From the NCBI RefSeq assembly GCF_009914755.1, contig NC_060927.1: a stretch of 64,000 nucleotides of DNA; one strand, 5' to 3'. Both the position numbers and the translations under genes were made by a program. This document shows positions 1 through 11,995 of the stretch, one piece after another. The stretch comes from the human T2T-CHM13v2.0 reference genome, Homo sapiens. Every line of letters starts with the position of its first letter. The first letter of the stretch is position 1. The notes beneath the pieces were generated by a model. That model was not told the DNA's origin, did not search any database, and was given only the letters and a program-made list of their open reading frames with translations.

Positions 1-566
1 GTTCCATCATTTCTCCAGCATCACACCTTTGTACACACTGTTTCTCCTTCAAAATATTTCTTATGTCCATCTCTCATGTTCCATATTCCTGTGTGCAGCC
101 CACAGCAGGGACCTGCTGCCTCACACCTGGAATAATCATCGAGTTTTAAAATTCAGGAGCATCTGCGAGTTGCTCTATTCTGACTGTTTCATTTTATTAA
201 CAGAGACACCAAGACCCAGAAGAGTAAAATGACATCTCAGGTCACAGCATTAGTGACACAGCTGTGAATGCGACTCTTGTCCTTGACTTCAAGGCATGAT
301 TCTTTCCACCTCCTCACCTCCAGGCTGCCCTTACTGATATTGTTCTCTTCCATCTCATCTTTGTTTCACGCTGAGTCCAGTTACCTCTTTTTTTAAGCAC
401 CATTTTGATGAGGTTACTCCTCTGCTCAGAAAGTCACTATGGCTCCTCCTGCCTCTAATATCAACTCTAGAATACGACTGGTTTTCAAGAGGCTGCGTAG
501 TCTGCCTCTATCTTCTCCATTCATTTCCGAGAAGTTACCATCTATGGAAGTCAGACAAATCATTTC

Positions 567-740
567 TATTATTTTGTTAAATCTAAGTTGTCATCAATTA
601 TAAAATGGACTGTTATTCTATCATCTAAGGTAGAGAAAATAATGCCAATTAAGTTCAAATATACCATTGCTTAAAATACTGACTCCAATTTCAGAGACAT
701 AAAATGTGAAAATATGTGAATCTCAGTATTAATGCAATAT
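567..740. mobile_element. Degraded TcMar-type DNA transposon relic (MER104-like)
   Basis: 'aatctaagttgtcatcaattataa...ttcagagacataaaatgtgaaaatatgtgaatctcag' resembles the recalled MER104/Tc2 consensus. Confidence 0.35.
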
Positions 741-889
741 TTTCTATCTTAAAAACTATTAGTTGGCTCAAATTTCACCTGCTACATAAAACTCGCCATG
801 ACTAACTGTGGCCATATTTTCTGAATTCCTGTGGAACCTATTATCAGCCCATTACCCATTTCCCAACTGCCAATTTTCTTCTTTCTCCT

Positions 890-1090
890 TCCTCCATTTC
901 ACAAGTGATCATTGAGTGCCTTCTGTGTGCCTGGCACTGGGCATATGATGATGAAGAGCATCACATTCCTGCCCTTATGGTCTTTTTATGAGGAAGTAAG
1001 GAAATGTGTAAGTAAGTAATCACAAACCAAAAAAGCTATGAAGGAAATAATACTGACCCTAGACAATAAAGAAAAGGTGGCAGAGAGAAA
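890..1090. mobile_element. L2 LINE 3' end remnant
   Basis: 'cattgagtgccttctgtgtgcctggcactgggc...cctgcccttatgg' is a typical L2 terminal motif. Confidence 0.55.
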
Positions 1091-1275
1091 TCTATTCAGG
1101 TGAATATCTTACACCTAAACCTCCCCCTGTCTTCACATATCCACCTTTGTTTTTAAAACCCAGCACACATCTTTATCTTCCATCAAATATTTAACTCATT
1201 TTCTCCCATGTACTTTTCTACTTTACAGCCTCAAAAAATCACTCTCTCCTCTAGCCTTGTGTCTTTTCTTCAGAG

Positions 1276-1520
1276 AGAGCATAGCGTGGTGTTGATAGCA
1301 TAAACTTTTACAGCCAGTCTCCCTGGGTTCAAATCTCAGCTCCGTCATTTATTGGCGATGTGACCTTGGGTGAATTACTTAATTTCTCTATGCCCTAATT
1401 TCCCCACCTTTAAAATAAAGATAACACTATCAACACCCTTGTGGCATTGCTGTAGGGATTAAAGGAAGAATCATGGAAAGTGTTTAGAATAATGCTGGGC
1501 ATGTAGAAAGCATTAGAAGG
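1276..1520 (+). mobile_element. MIR SINE
   Basis: MIR core 'ctgggttcaaatctcagctcc...gtgaccttgggtgaattacttaatttctctatgccctaatttcccc'. Confidence 0.8.
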
Positions 1521-1584
1521 ATGAGTATGTCTAACCCAATCATACTTGATTTTGTCCATGTTCTATCTTCTCTTTTAGACTCTA

Positions 1585-1815
1585 AGGTAGGCATGGTTAA
1601 GAACAAGAAATTTGGGGTCTGAGTAGGAGGAGATGAGATCCTCGTTGGACAGCTTTTCCAGACACATGAGCTTGGCTACATAGCCTTTTTGCATCTGTTT
1701 CTCTGCCATGTAAATAATAGTTGTAGTGCCTACATTTTGGGGTTATTTAGAAGGGTAAATAAAATACGTATGCAAAATGCCTGCTACATGATCAGCTCTC
1801 ACTGGAGCTTGCTAT
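1585..1815 (+). mobile_element. Degraded MIR SINE
   Basis: 'catggttaagaac...catctgtttctctgccatgtaaataatag...aaaatgcctgctacatg' follows the MIR layout. Confidence 0.5.
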
Positions 1816-3145
1816 CATTCTTACCTCAAGACAGGAAGGGCAGAGTCCATCTTATTATCTGTGTGTCCTCCTATACCCTCAGAACTCACTATCCATGATG
1901 TCAGTGATATTAGTGAAATGTTTCACAACAACTTGTATGAAAGAGCCAGTGAGTAAGCAAACGTGTTTCCACTAGAGACCTCATCATGGAGACCAGTATC
2001 ATATTTGTCCTCTCTCTTTGGCTTCTTTCTTTTCTGGGGACACATGATGAAGTGTTTGGGGTTTCTCTGGAGAGGAGCAATAATCCCCTCTCCTCCTTCC
2101 AGGTATAGCACATCCTTCACTGTGCTGAGGCCCCTCACCTTACACAGGTTTACCAGGCCATGCTGTCATCTGTTCCTAGTCTGTTCTTGAAATCAGTGTG
2201 GCTTTTGTTAGGGGCCCCAAGCCACTGGCAATTTTTCCCCCACATAAAATGTAATTTGAAATTTCCACTGGAGAACACAGTTATCAAGACCAGCAAAATA
2301 TCTGCTTTCTAGCATTGATTTTCAAACTTGAACTTCTTCATCTGAAGACTGCATGAAGCCTGTGGGATCCCATATTTCATGATGATAAGACTTGGAATTC
2401 TTACTGTCAGTGAAGTCTGTGCCTGCATCTCTGATGATGTACAAACTTGTATCATTTGATTCACAACTTACAACTTTTGATTCACAGGCCCCTTCAGCTC
2501 TTTTGTGTCACCGTTGTCATGAAACTTTGTGACTCCCCGTTAAAACTGACAGACATTTGGCTTTCTTGGTTTTGTTAAGTACTAATTTATTTTGGGCAAT
2601 TTTCAAGGTGAATTAACTGAAAGCCATATTCGTGTGGCTCTGGAAAAACATTTTTATTCTCACCTAACCCATAATGTATCATTTAGAATAAAGTGCTCCA
2701 TTAAACTAGATCTCAGTAACAGACATGTGTCACAAGTTATTCCATCTTGCAGCACTCCTAAGAAATCAGTGTAAAATCAAACTGATGCTAAAATAAAAAT
2801 GGGTTGGTTTTGAAAGTAAGTAAAATGCAAGTGTGTGTTCTACTGTTTCTTATATTACTATGTTATTTTCTTCCTCTAGTCATTCTCTTGAATAACATTG
2901 AATAGTGGAAAGAGGAAATATTACATGAAATACTTGACTGCTCCTCTCCCGTTTCTGTTCTCCTCCCCTTCCACATGATTTAATCAACCCCCCAAACTTT
3001 GTCACTATCTCCTAAATGTCTCTGAAGCTGGTCTGTTTTTCTTCATCTTCACATGTTCTATCTCAGCTCACGCCACCATCTTCCCACCTGGTTATCGTAA
3101 TAGGAAGCTTGCTAGTATTTTGACTGTTAGGCTAGCTCAGTTTTT

Positions 3146-3630
3146 TGTACGTTAGATTGACTGCATTCATGGCCCCAGTTCTTCACCCCTCCCTGTATAC
3201 ATATATTTGCCATGAGACTTTGCAATTCTCCTCACTAAAAAGGGGAATCAACCTATTTTTCCTCTTCTTAATCTGGGCTGGTTTTATGACTTGCTTTAGA
3301 CAACAGAATGTGGCAGAAGTGAGGGAATATTGCTTCCTAGCCTAGGCCTCCAAGGGCCTTGTGGTTTACCTTGTTCTCTTGTACCTCTGCCATCTCCACA
3401 GGTGCAAGGCTAGTCTAGCCTGCTGGACAATGAGAGGCCTACGGAACAGGGCGGAGTCACCATATCCCACTGAAACTGGCCTAGGTTAGCCAACAGCCCA
3501 CCTCTCCCAGGCACGTGAAAGCTCAGCGGACTCTGAACAGATGGACAATAAACATTTATTGTGTTTGCCACATAAGTTTTGTATTTGTCATTATAAAGCA
3601 TTATTGTGACAATAGAGAAACTAATATACT
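3146..3630 (+). mobile_element. MaLR LTR (MLT1G/H-like)
   Basis: 'tgacttgctttagacaacagaatgtggcagaagtg', aataaa, and MLT1-type end 'gcattattgtgacaatagagaaactaatata'. Confidence 0.7.
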
Positions 3631-3889
3631 TTCTAAAGTGGAATTTGATCATGTTGCTTAAAAAACTGTGACCGTCCATACTAACTGCTCACCAAATAGC
3701 CATTATGCCTTTTCTTTTTTCTCCTTATAACAGAACTTGATTTTGATGGGGACAAATTTTATTAGTGTCAGACTCCCTTCCCACTAATGTTGGCTCTGTG
3801 ACAGATTTCTGGCCAATGACATATAGGCAGAAATCACTGGAGAGGAACTTCTTTTTAAATAAAAACATGAAGCTTCACTAGAAAGATCC

Positions 3890-4725
3890 AAGAAAGAAAA
3901 AAGTGATAAATCCGACTTCATAAAAATTTAAAACTTTTGTGCTTTAAAAGACATCATTAAAAAATGAAAAAACAAGCCACAGGCTGGGAGGAAATATTTT
4001 TGAATTACTATCTGATAAAGGCCTTATATTCAGAACAATAAGTAACTTGTACAACTCAATAATAAGATAAATAACACAATTAAGAAAATGTGAATAGACA
4101 CTTCACCAATCAAAATTCTCAAATTGCTAATAAACACATAACAAGATGCCTCACATCATTAGAAATGTACCAATCAAAACCACCAATAAGAGATCACTTT
4201 GTACCCACTAGAACGGCTATCAGTAATGTAGAGATATTGAAACCTTCATACATCATGAGTAGAATATAAAATGATGCCTCTACTTTGGAAAACTATTTGG
4301 CAATTTCTTAAAAAGTTAACCTGTTTATCATAAATTTATAATCCGACCAGTTATTCCACTCCTAGGAGACTACTTAAAAGTAACCAAAACATAAATCTAC
4401 GCAAAGATTTGTACATGAATGTTCATAGCAGAATTATTTATAAATAGTCCAATACTGAAAACTCAATACTGGAAAGACCAAAGTCCACTAAGTGGTGAAT
4501 GGATATTTCCATGGGGGGAGTGGAATACTATTTGCCAATAAAAAATAATGGACTAGGGATACATGCTAAAACATATATAAAACTTAAAAATATTGTGTGA
4601 AGAGAAAGAAGCAAAACAGAAAAACACTATATATTATATATTTTCTTTTATGTGAAATATTCAATAAAGCAAGTCTGTAGAGACAGGAAGTAGATTAGTG
4701 TTTGCCTGGGGCTGGCAGTGGGAAC
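3890..4725 (+). mobile_element. Old L1M fragment (ORF2 3' end and 3' UTR)
   Basis: 'gacttcataaaaatttaaaacttttgtgc', 'actttggaaaactatttggcaatttctt', 'agagacaggaagtagattagtgtttgcctggggctgg'. Confidence 0.8.
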
Positions 4726-5141
4726 TGAGAGTGTTTGGTTCTATGTTCCCAACCAAATTTTGCCTTGGACTGTAATAATCCCCATGTGCCAAGGGCAGGA
4801 CCCCTTGGAGGTAATTAAATCATGGGGACGGTTTCCCCCATGCTTGTGAGAGTGAGTTCTTGTGGTAGCAAGTGAGTTTTTGTGATAGTGAGTGAGTTCT
4901 CATGAAATCTGATGGTTTTGTAAGCATCTGGTATTTGCCCTGCTGGCACTCATTCTCTCTCCTGCCATCCTGTGAAGAAGTGCCTTCTGCCATGATTGTA
5001 AGTTTCCTAAGGCCTCTGCAGCCATGTGGAACTGTGAGTCAATTAAACCTCTTTTTATTATTTTATTTGTATATTTATTTTTTTAATAAATTACCCAGTC
5101 TCAGGTATTTCTTCACAGAAGCATGAGAATGGACTAATATA
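4726..5141 (+). mobile_element. THE1 MaLR solo LTR (THE1C-like)
   Basis: 'gccatgattgtaagtttcctaaggcc...ggaactgtgagtcaattaaacctc...aaattacccagtctcagg...ggactaatata'. Confidence 0.88.
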
Positions 5142-8127
5142 CATCCAAAGGCTTTCCATTGCCCATGAGTAAAAAGTTAAAGTATAAAATTAAAGTTAAA
5201 ACTCATTAACCTGACTTATAGAGTCCTTAATGATTTGGCCTTTGCCTGTAGCTCCATGAGGTTTAACAAAAAGCTGCTGAACCGTTGGTGGAAACAGGTT
5301 TCCTTTTCTTTGATCTCCATCTCTCTCCTTCTGCTGGCCTTCTGCACCATTAAGAAGCCACCCAGTCTTCTTCTCAGGCTTGACTCTTGTATAAGGTATT
5401 GACTGAGAGACAAAAATTATCCTGTAGAGGATTTAGATGCTTAGTCTTCCGTGGCTTCTAATCATCAAGTCTGCACTGCTCACCTGGCTTACTTCTCATT
5501 TCCACTCCCAGGCAATTATTTTTCTTGGGGGTGGGGAGAAGGTAAGAGAGAACTTCTGTTAGCCCTTGCTTGTTCCTACTTGCTATTCTCAAGGGCATAA
5601 GGAACTTTCACCTGTTCTGTGTGTGGGCCCATGGAAAAGCCAGGTAGGTTTTCCCCTGGCACCTACCTTGCCATGGACATCACCCCCAGCCATCCCTGGC
5701 ATACTGATTCCTTGTCACTGTTATATGAGGGATATTATTAAGGCAGCCCACTTATCATGTTTTAAAAAGGAATGTGAGGCACAGTTCTCTTAGCTCTGTT
5801 ATTCCTCAAACTTATCTAGAATATTCCATCACTTCTTCCTTCCATCACCTCTAGGACTTAGGGAGAGAGATTGGGGCATATAGATGCACCAACATCTGAA
5901 ACTTCTTCTTCTTCTCTCTTGTTGTAATCCTCAGCTCAAATGGTTGGGGACAAGGACTCATTCTGTCTGATTGTATGTCTATTACATTCATTTTGAGCAT
6001 CTACTTGCACTAACTTTTAAATATTTAAAGACAAAGCATTGGATGTATTGTTATTTGGTGTCATTTGAGAATTTCTTACTCCTCACTGTTTGAAGGGGAT
6101 GGTAAGGTCACCCTTAAAGGGAATGAAAAATATGAGACACAGGAGCTAATTCTTCATAAGGTTATCCTATCACACCTGGAGTCTGACTCACACTTTTGCT
6201 TTTCTGTGTCCTGTGTTAATGGAACACTTGGAAAGACCCAACCTGGCAACTGGCATTGATAACATCTCTACCATGCATTCTCAAATGGCGTATTCCATTC
6301 TTATTTTTCCTCAGTGAGAAATCCAGCTTGGCTTTGCTTTGTCTCTGTTAAAAATTGGACTTCTTTGGATCATTTCCTTCCTGGGAGCTGCATTTTTGTT
6401 TACTCCAGAAACCCCATAAGTCTCTCTCAGTTTGTTCTTCCCCTTAGTCCCAGCATGCCATGCAGCTGGTACAGCTGGGAAATCTATACCATCCCCCTGC
6501 TGAGGGATAATTACAGCAAATAAAGCCTAGACTAGTATTTCAAGGAAATGGTTTTTCTACATCATCATTAAATCTGGTTTAATTTGCCATGTTATTTGAA
6601 TGGTAAACATTTTTTCCCAATTTTGTGAATTTTAAAATATTCTACTGTCAGTACTACAGAAATTTGAAAAACATATAGCTTATGAAGATGCATTTGGCCA
6701 GGGTACAAACAACCAGAAAGGCTCTGTTTTACTGTACAAAATGTTTTAGGATGGTTCAGCTGTCTTAGGAAGGGATTTGGCAATTTGAGCAGAGCAATAA
6801 GAAATGCTGTCTTATTGGAAGGTCAGTTAAAAAAACAAACATAATGGGGTAAAAATTGAAAGGAAAAACAATGACATATAAACCATAATAATTTTTAACA
6901 ACTTAAAGGCAATCAACCTCAAATAGGAGTCTTTGGTTCCAACATAATTCAGTCCACCAAAGATTGAATTTTCTTAGACTATGTATAAAATATTCATAGA
7001 CGAAATTTCTTTTTAACTGACCATTTTCTCCTCCCCATGTCCACACATTTAATAAAAAATACAACTTATCTGTTAGAATTAAAGTCACTCTGCACTTCAT
7101 GGCTTCCAGCTAATTATAATCTGAAGGAGCTAATGAGTTCCTCCAAAGTATCAAATTTATGAACCATGGTAATGGGAAAGGGGAAACTAAGTAAAATTTG
7201 TTCCCTATTAATTTAATACTAGCCAGACCAACAGAAACTCTAGAAAAAGTAATTTTATCTAAGGAACAAGGGGATTTTCTTTTTAATAGCTTCATTCATC
7301 TCTATAACTCATTAAGATAAATGATTAGCTGAAATCCACTTTCTTTCCCATAATACATTGAGGGTGTTAGCAAGTTACTAATAACGAGATCTGGGAATCC
7401 TAGATTTTAGAAACACTGGTCCAATTACTGACATTGCCTGAAAATGCAGCTATATACTTTCCCTTTGTTCTAATGTTTGGACTCAGGGTTTTCTTTATCA
7501 GACCAGTTTTTCAGCAGGAAGTTTCCCATCTGCCTTTTCTGAACACAGCATATTATCAGTAAATGATGGGCACAGTAATGTCCAAAAAGAAAAAAAAAAT
7601 CCAAAGTATCAGGAGCACACATCAAGGAGCATCTATTTAGTTCATGATCTGATGGATAGTCTGGCAGCAGCAGATTGAGGCTTGGCTTGACCAGGTGGCT
7701 CAGATCCAGGCCTCTCATTGTCCTTGGTGAAAAGAAGACGAGTTTGAACACATTCTCCTCATGGCAGTGGCAGAATTGCAAGGAAATTTGATTGAGAATG
7801 TTAAATTTTTCACTCTTAACCCTACAAGCTTCCTAAACCTAGGCTTGTGACTGACACTCTGTTAACTTCTGCCTTGTTCTATTAGCCAGAGCAAGTTACC
7901 AAGCTAAACCTGATGTTAAGGGACAGGAAAAACTATTTCACTTCTTTAATGTAAAAAACAGCAACATCACATAAGAAAGAGCAAAACATTTTTACAGGAA
8001 AAGGTAAAAAAGGAAGCTAATCACACCATCACACACAGTTATTGTGTAATTCATGAATAAAAGAAAAAGGCAGACTTGATGAGTATCAAGTACATAAGAT
8101 GGAAAACAAGATATTTATTGAATCATT

Positions 8128-8714
8128 TACTAGTTATCTATCACTTCATAACAAATTTCACAAACATTTAGCAGCTCAAAAATATACATTTGTTATCTTA
8201 CAATTTCTGTAGATCACAAATTTGGCACACTTGACTAGATTCTATCTCTTACAAAGCTGCAGTCATATCAAAGCTTGACTGGGAATAATCCACTTCCAAA
8301 CTCAATCACATGGTTGTTAGTAGGATTTAATTCCTTGTGGTCTGCTGTTACACTGAGGTTTCAGTTCCTCATGAGTAGCTGGCTTGTTGGATTGTGGTGT
8401 CTCGGAGCTCCTTGCCATGTGGACTGCTCCACAGACATCTTTTTTTTTTTTTTTTTAATTATACTTTAAGACATCTTACAACATCGTAGCAAGCAAGCAA
8501 GAGGGCAAGAGTGAATACCAGCGAGAGAGAGAAAAGTAAGATGACAGTCACAATCTTCTGTAACCCAGTCACAGTAGCAACATCCTATGCTATATTCTGT
8601 TTATTAGAAGAAAGTCACTAGATCTATCCCATACTCGAGGGGAGACTACACAAAGGTCCTGGATACCAGGAGGGCAAGGATCCAGGGGCACCATTTCAGA
8701 AGCTTCCTACTACA
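8128..8714 (-). mobile_element. MaLR LTR (MLT1F-like), interrupted by a micro-L1
   Basis: 'tagttatctatcacttcataacaaat...ccacttccaaactcaatcacatggttgtt...caccatttcagaagcttcctactaca'. Confidence 0.7.
8442..8468 (-). mobile_element. Ultra-short L1PA 3'-terminal insertion
   Basis: T-tract plus 'aattatacttta' (reverse complement of the L1PA terminus) between direct repeats agacatctt at 8433-8441 and 8469-8477. Confidence 0.8.
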
Positions 8715-11290
8715 CTCAGTCACTCTACAACTTATGGAGACTCTACTGCATGCAAATGCTTGGGCCAGGAATGTGTATGTGCAGAGATGAAGAAACTATG
8801 GACCTTGAGCAAATGGCCTAGTGGATTCAGTGACATAATCAAAAAAAATCTGTTTAAGCCCTAATAACCCCATACTTATATTACCATACCATAGTAACAC
8901 CTTCAAGTTTTTACTGTATTTAGAATTCTACACTGTTCCAATAACATGCAGGATGAGAAAATAAAACTCTTTACATGAGGCACTTTTTGATCCAGCAACT
9001 ATATCTAATCCTTGATTTTCTCCACATGTATTTCCTAAAATACTAATTCCACGAGCTGTTAATAGGATTTTATATTGAGTTTGGTAAATACTAGTCAAAA
9101 AAGGTCATGCTGGTTTAGTTAGAGACCATAGGCTTTCCTAGAACCTTCAGTATTCTAAAAGGTTAGTATAATTTATGTTTCCCAATCATATTACGTATTT
9201 AATCATTGAAAGTTTTTGTCATGGAGCATTTCAGGGGATTCATAATTCTTATGAATACCCTTTGGGGAAGACTACTTTCAACTCAACTGTTGTTACTTTT
9301 TCCCTTCTATCCCCTAATCCACCGTGTCTCTGAAATAATTGTGCAGTTACTGGTTTCCAAGTATCCTCACATTCTAATTTCTCTATCTAGAACATTCTTT
9401 TACCTTCTATCATCTGGTTAATTTGGACCAGATCTTTAAAAGTTCAGCTCAGAAAAACACTTCCTCCACAAAGATTACCCTGGTTTCCCCTTTTCTGTGC
9501 TTTAACAGTAACCTCTTCAACAGGACTGTGCTTATTACAGGATGTTGCTAATTGTTTGATTTCTTTGTCTTCTCCCCACATTTCCCTGAATTGTAATCTT
9601 GAGGAAAGGCTGATGTATGTAGCTCAAGTTTATGGTATTCTAGTGCATATGCAGTGTCAGGAATACATTGGCTACTAAAGAAAATAATTTTTTTCAATAC
9701 TAGAAAAAATGAATTATACCTGGCTCTTTTTTTTAACTGGGGCAGAGATAGATAGTGGTCCTCTTGCATTTCCCGGCCTCCCCAGTAGCTAGGTTGAAGA
9801 CACATGTCTTGTTCTGGCCAAAAGATAATGAAGGTTGTATATTGAGGTCATGAAACCACAAAGGTGAAAATTCTGGATCTCAATGGCACTGCATGATGAA
9901 GAGCTGTCTTACATAAAATGTTTGATGAATGAAATGAAACTTTGTTGTGTTAACTCATTAAAATTTCAGAGTTTAATCTATCTTGACCCAGGTATTATAC
10001 CAAGGCTAGTGGAAATTTGATATGGGCAGGGGAATGTAGCGCAGAGACATTTTAAAAAGCCATCCAGGAGATCCAGACAGGTGCTACAAGTTGCTCTAGA
10101 GTTGCCGGAATTCTTTTCTATTTTATTATCTAAGAAGCTGCCAGATGTACATCTTCTTAGAATAGATGTCTGCAGAAAACATATAGACATGCTAGCAGTA
10201 ACTGCTAGATTTTAAATTGAGCTGCCTAATTTGACTTATTTTATGCAGGAAAAACGAAATATGTGGAAAAGATGGCAGAAAATTCAAACAAAATATATAA
10301 TGGTTTAAAAAAAGCGTTTGATAAAGTGAATGAGATTTACTGCCTATATTCAACAAATTCAATGGATAATTGCTCAACTTGACCACTGTTTTGCCTAGAC
10401 AGCCTAAACTTGAATCTCTAAGAAATTCCTCTTGGATTAATCTGATTGTAGCTTGGCTGCCAGACCCATAATTCTAAGAGACAGGAAGATTCCATCTTTA
10501 TTTATGGAGAAGTTGAGAATTTAAGGCTTTAATTCATAGGGAAAGTGACTGTGAGAAATACCAAGGACTTTGTTTTTCAGTCTGGATTCTGAGTTGCAAA
10601 TAGCAGAAACTGACTCTGAGCTGAAAGGAGATTTATTAGAAGGATATGTGTATTCTCACAGAATCAGTGGGAAGGGAGGAGAACTAGGCTCTAAAATTAC
10701 TGAGAAACTGCGGAAACAATTTGTGAGGATGCCTTGTTACTGTATAATGCTGCAAATCTAAATCTAGAAATAGTGATTATTCCAGTGAAAAAAAATCAGT
10801 GTCCTCGCCTTGATGGAAAGAGGCCAATGCAATCAGTCTGTTACAGGATAGCTACCTGGTTGCCCTCAACCCAGATAAATAGTTTTATATATTAGGACTT
10901 AGGGCTGCTTGGTGTTGCTGGCAGTTTGAGCACTCATCAGTGGTAGTGCCTGGTTGACTTTTATGGGGGAGATTCTTCTGTCTCTGTTGCCATAGCCACT
11001 GGTTCATGAGTTAACTGGCTGAAGACAGAGATTGACCGACATGCACTAGATACATTGTCTGATTGAGTTTGCTCCATAGTGAAACCTTCCGGTGAGGATT
11101 CATATAGAACATAAATACCCTCCACTCTGGGTCCATTCTGAGAAATCTACATACATACTTCTCCCTCGTGATTTCTTGCACTTGTTCTCCAGTCTTGATC
11201 CAGCTACACTATCAGTCACTCCCTATGAATTGGGCTTGCACCATACACTGAACAGTATTTCTGGAAAAAGTGAACAATGATATGTACTGT

Positions 11291-11597
11291 TATAGTAGAT
11301 ACTGTTTTTTCTATCTACATGCCCTTCCTATGAAAGGACAATATAGCCTACTGTTGAGACCATTGATTAGGCTTCTTCATGTAATATATTTTGGCCAATG
11401 GAATGTAACCAGCACAATGCCATGCCATAGATAGTGGCTGCTCTTTTCATTTTAAATACACGACTGAAAAACATGTAGAGCAAACCACAGCTAACCCAGA
11501 GCCAACAATACAGTGAGCAAAAATCAACCTTTGTTGTAAGCCATTCATGTTTTGAGGTTGTTTGTTAACACAACTTACTAAGTGAAAGGTCAATAAT
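11291..11597 (+). mobile_element. MaLR LTR (MLT1J-like) within the ERVL remnant
   Basis: 'ttttggccaatggaatgtaa...aatcaacctttgttgtaagcca...gttttgaggttgtttgttaacaca'. Confidence 0.6.
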
Positions 11598-11897
11598 ATC
11601 TGGTTCAATCTTCCACCCACAGGGTATTGTCTTTCCTGGCCAACCATAAGTAGGATTATAAGATTATTTATATTCTACTTCTGGTTGGCACCAGCACGGT
11701 GTAGAACTGTGGGCTAGACCTGTCTGTACACCAAGCTTACATCTTTCCGTCCATCAGCTCAGTGGTCAGAGGAATCTCCACAGGAGGCCATAGTGAGGGC
11801 TGAGGGAGATGTGGCAGAAAGCATGAGTGAGTGAGTATCTAGGGAGTGTAAATCACTTACTCAGGCAAATGACTTATGCTTTTAAGATCTGTCTCAG

Positions 11898-11995
11898 CTC
11901 TCTCTCTCTCTCTCTCTCTATCTCCCTCTCTTCCTCCCTCCTGTGTCTCTCTCACTATTTCTATCTCTGTCTCTACCTATATACATATATATGTG
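11898..11995. repeat. (CT)n microsatellite and CT/TA low-complexity tract
   Basis: ctctctctctctctctctctcta... visible directly. Confidence 0.85.
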
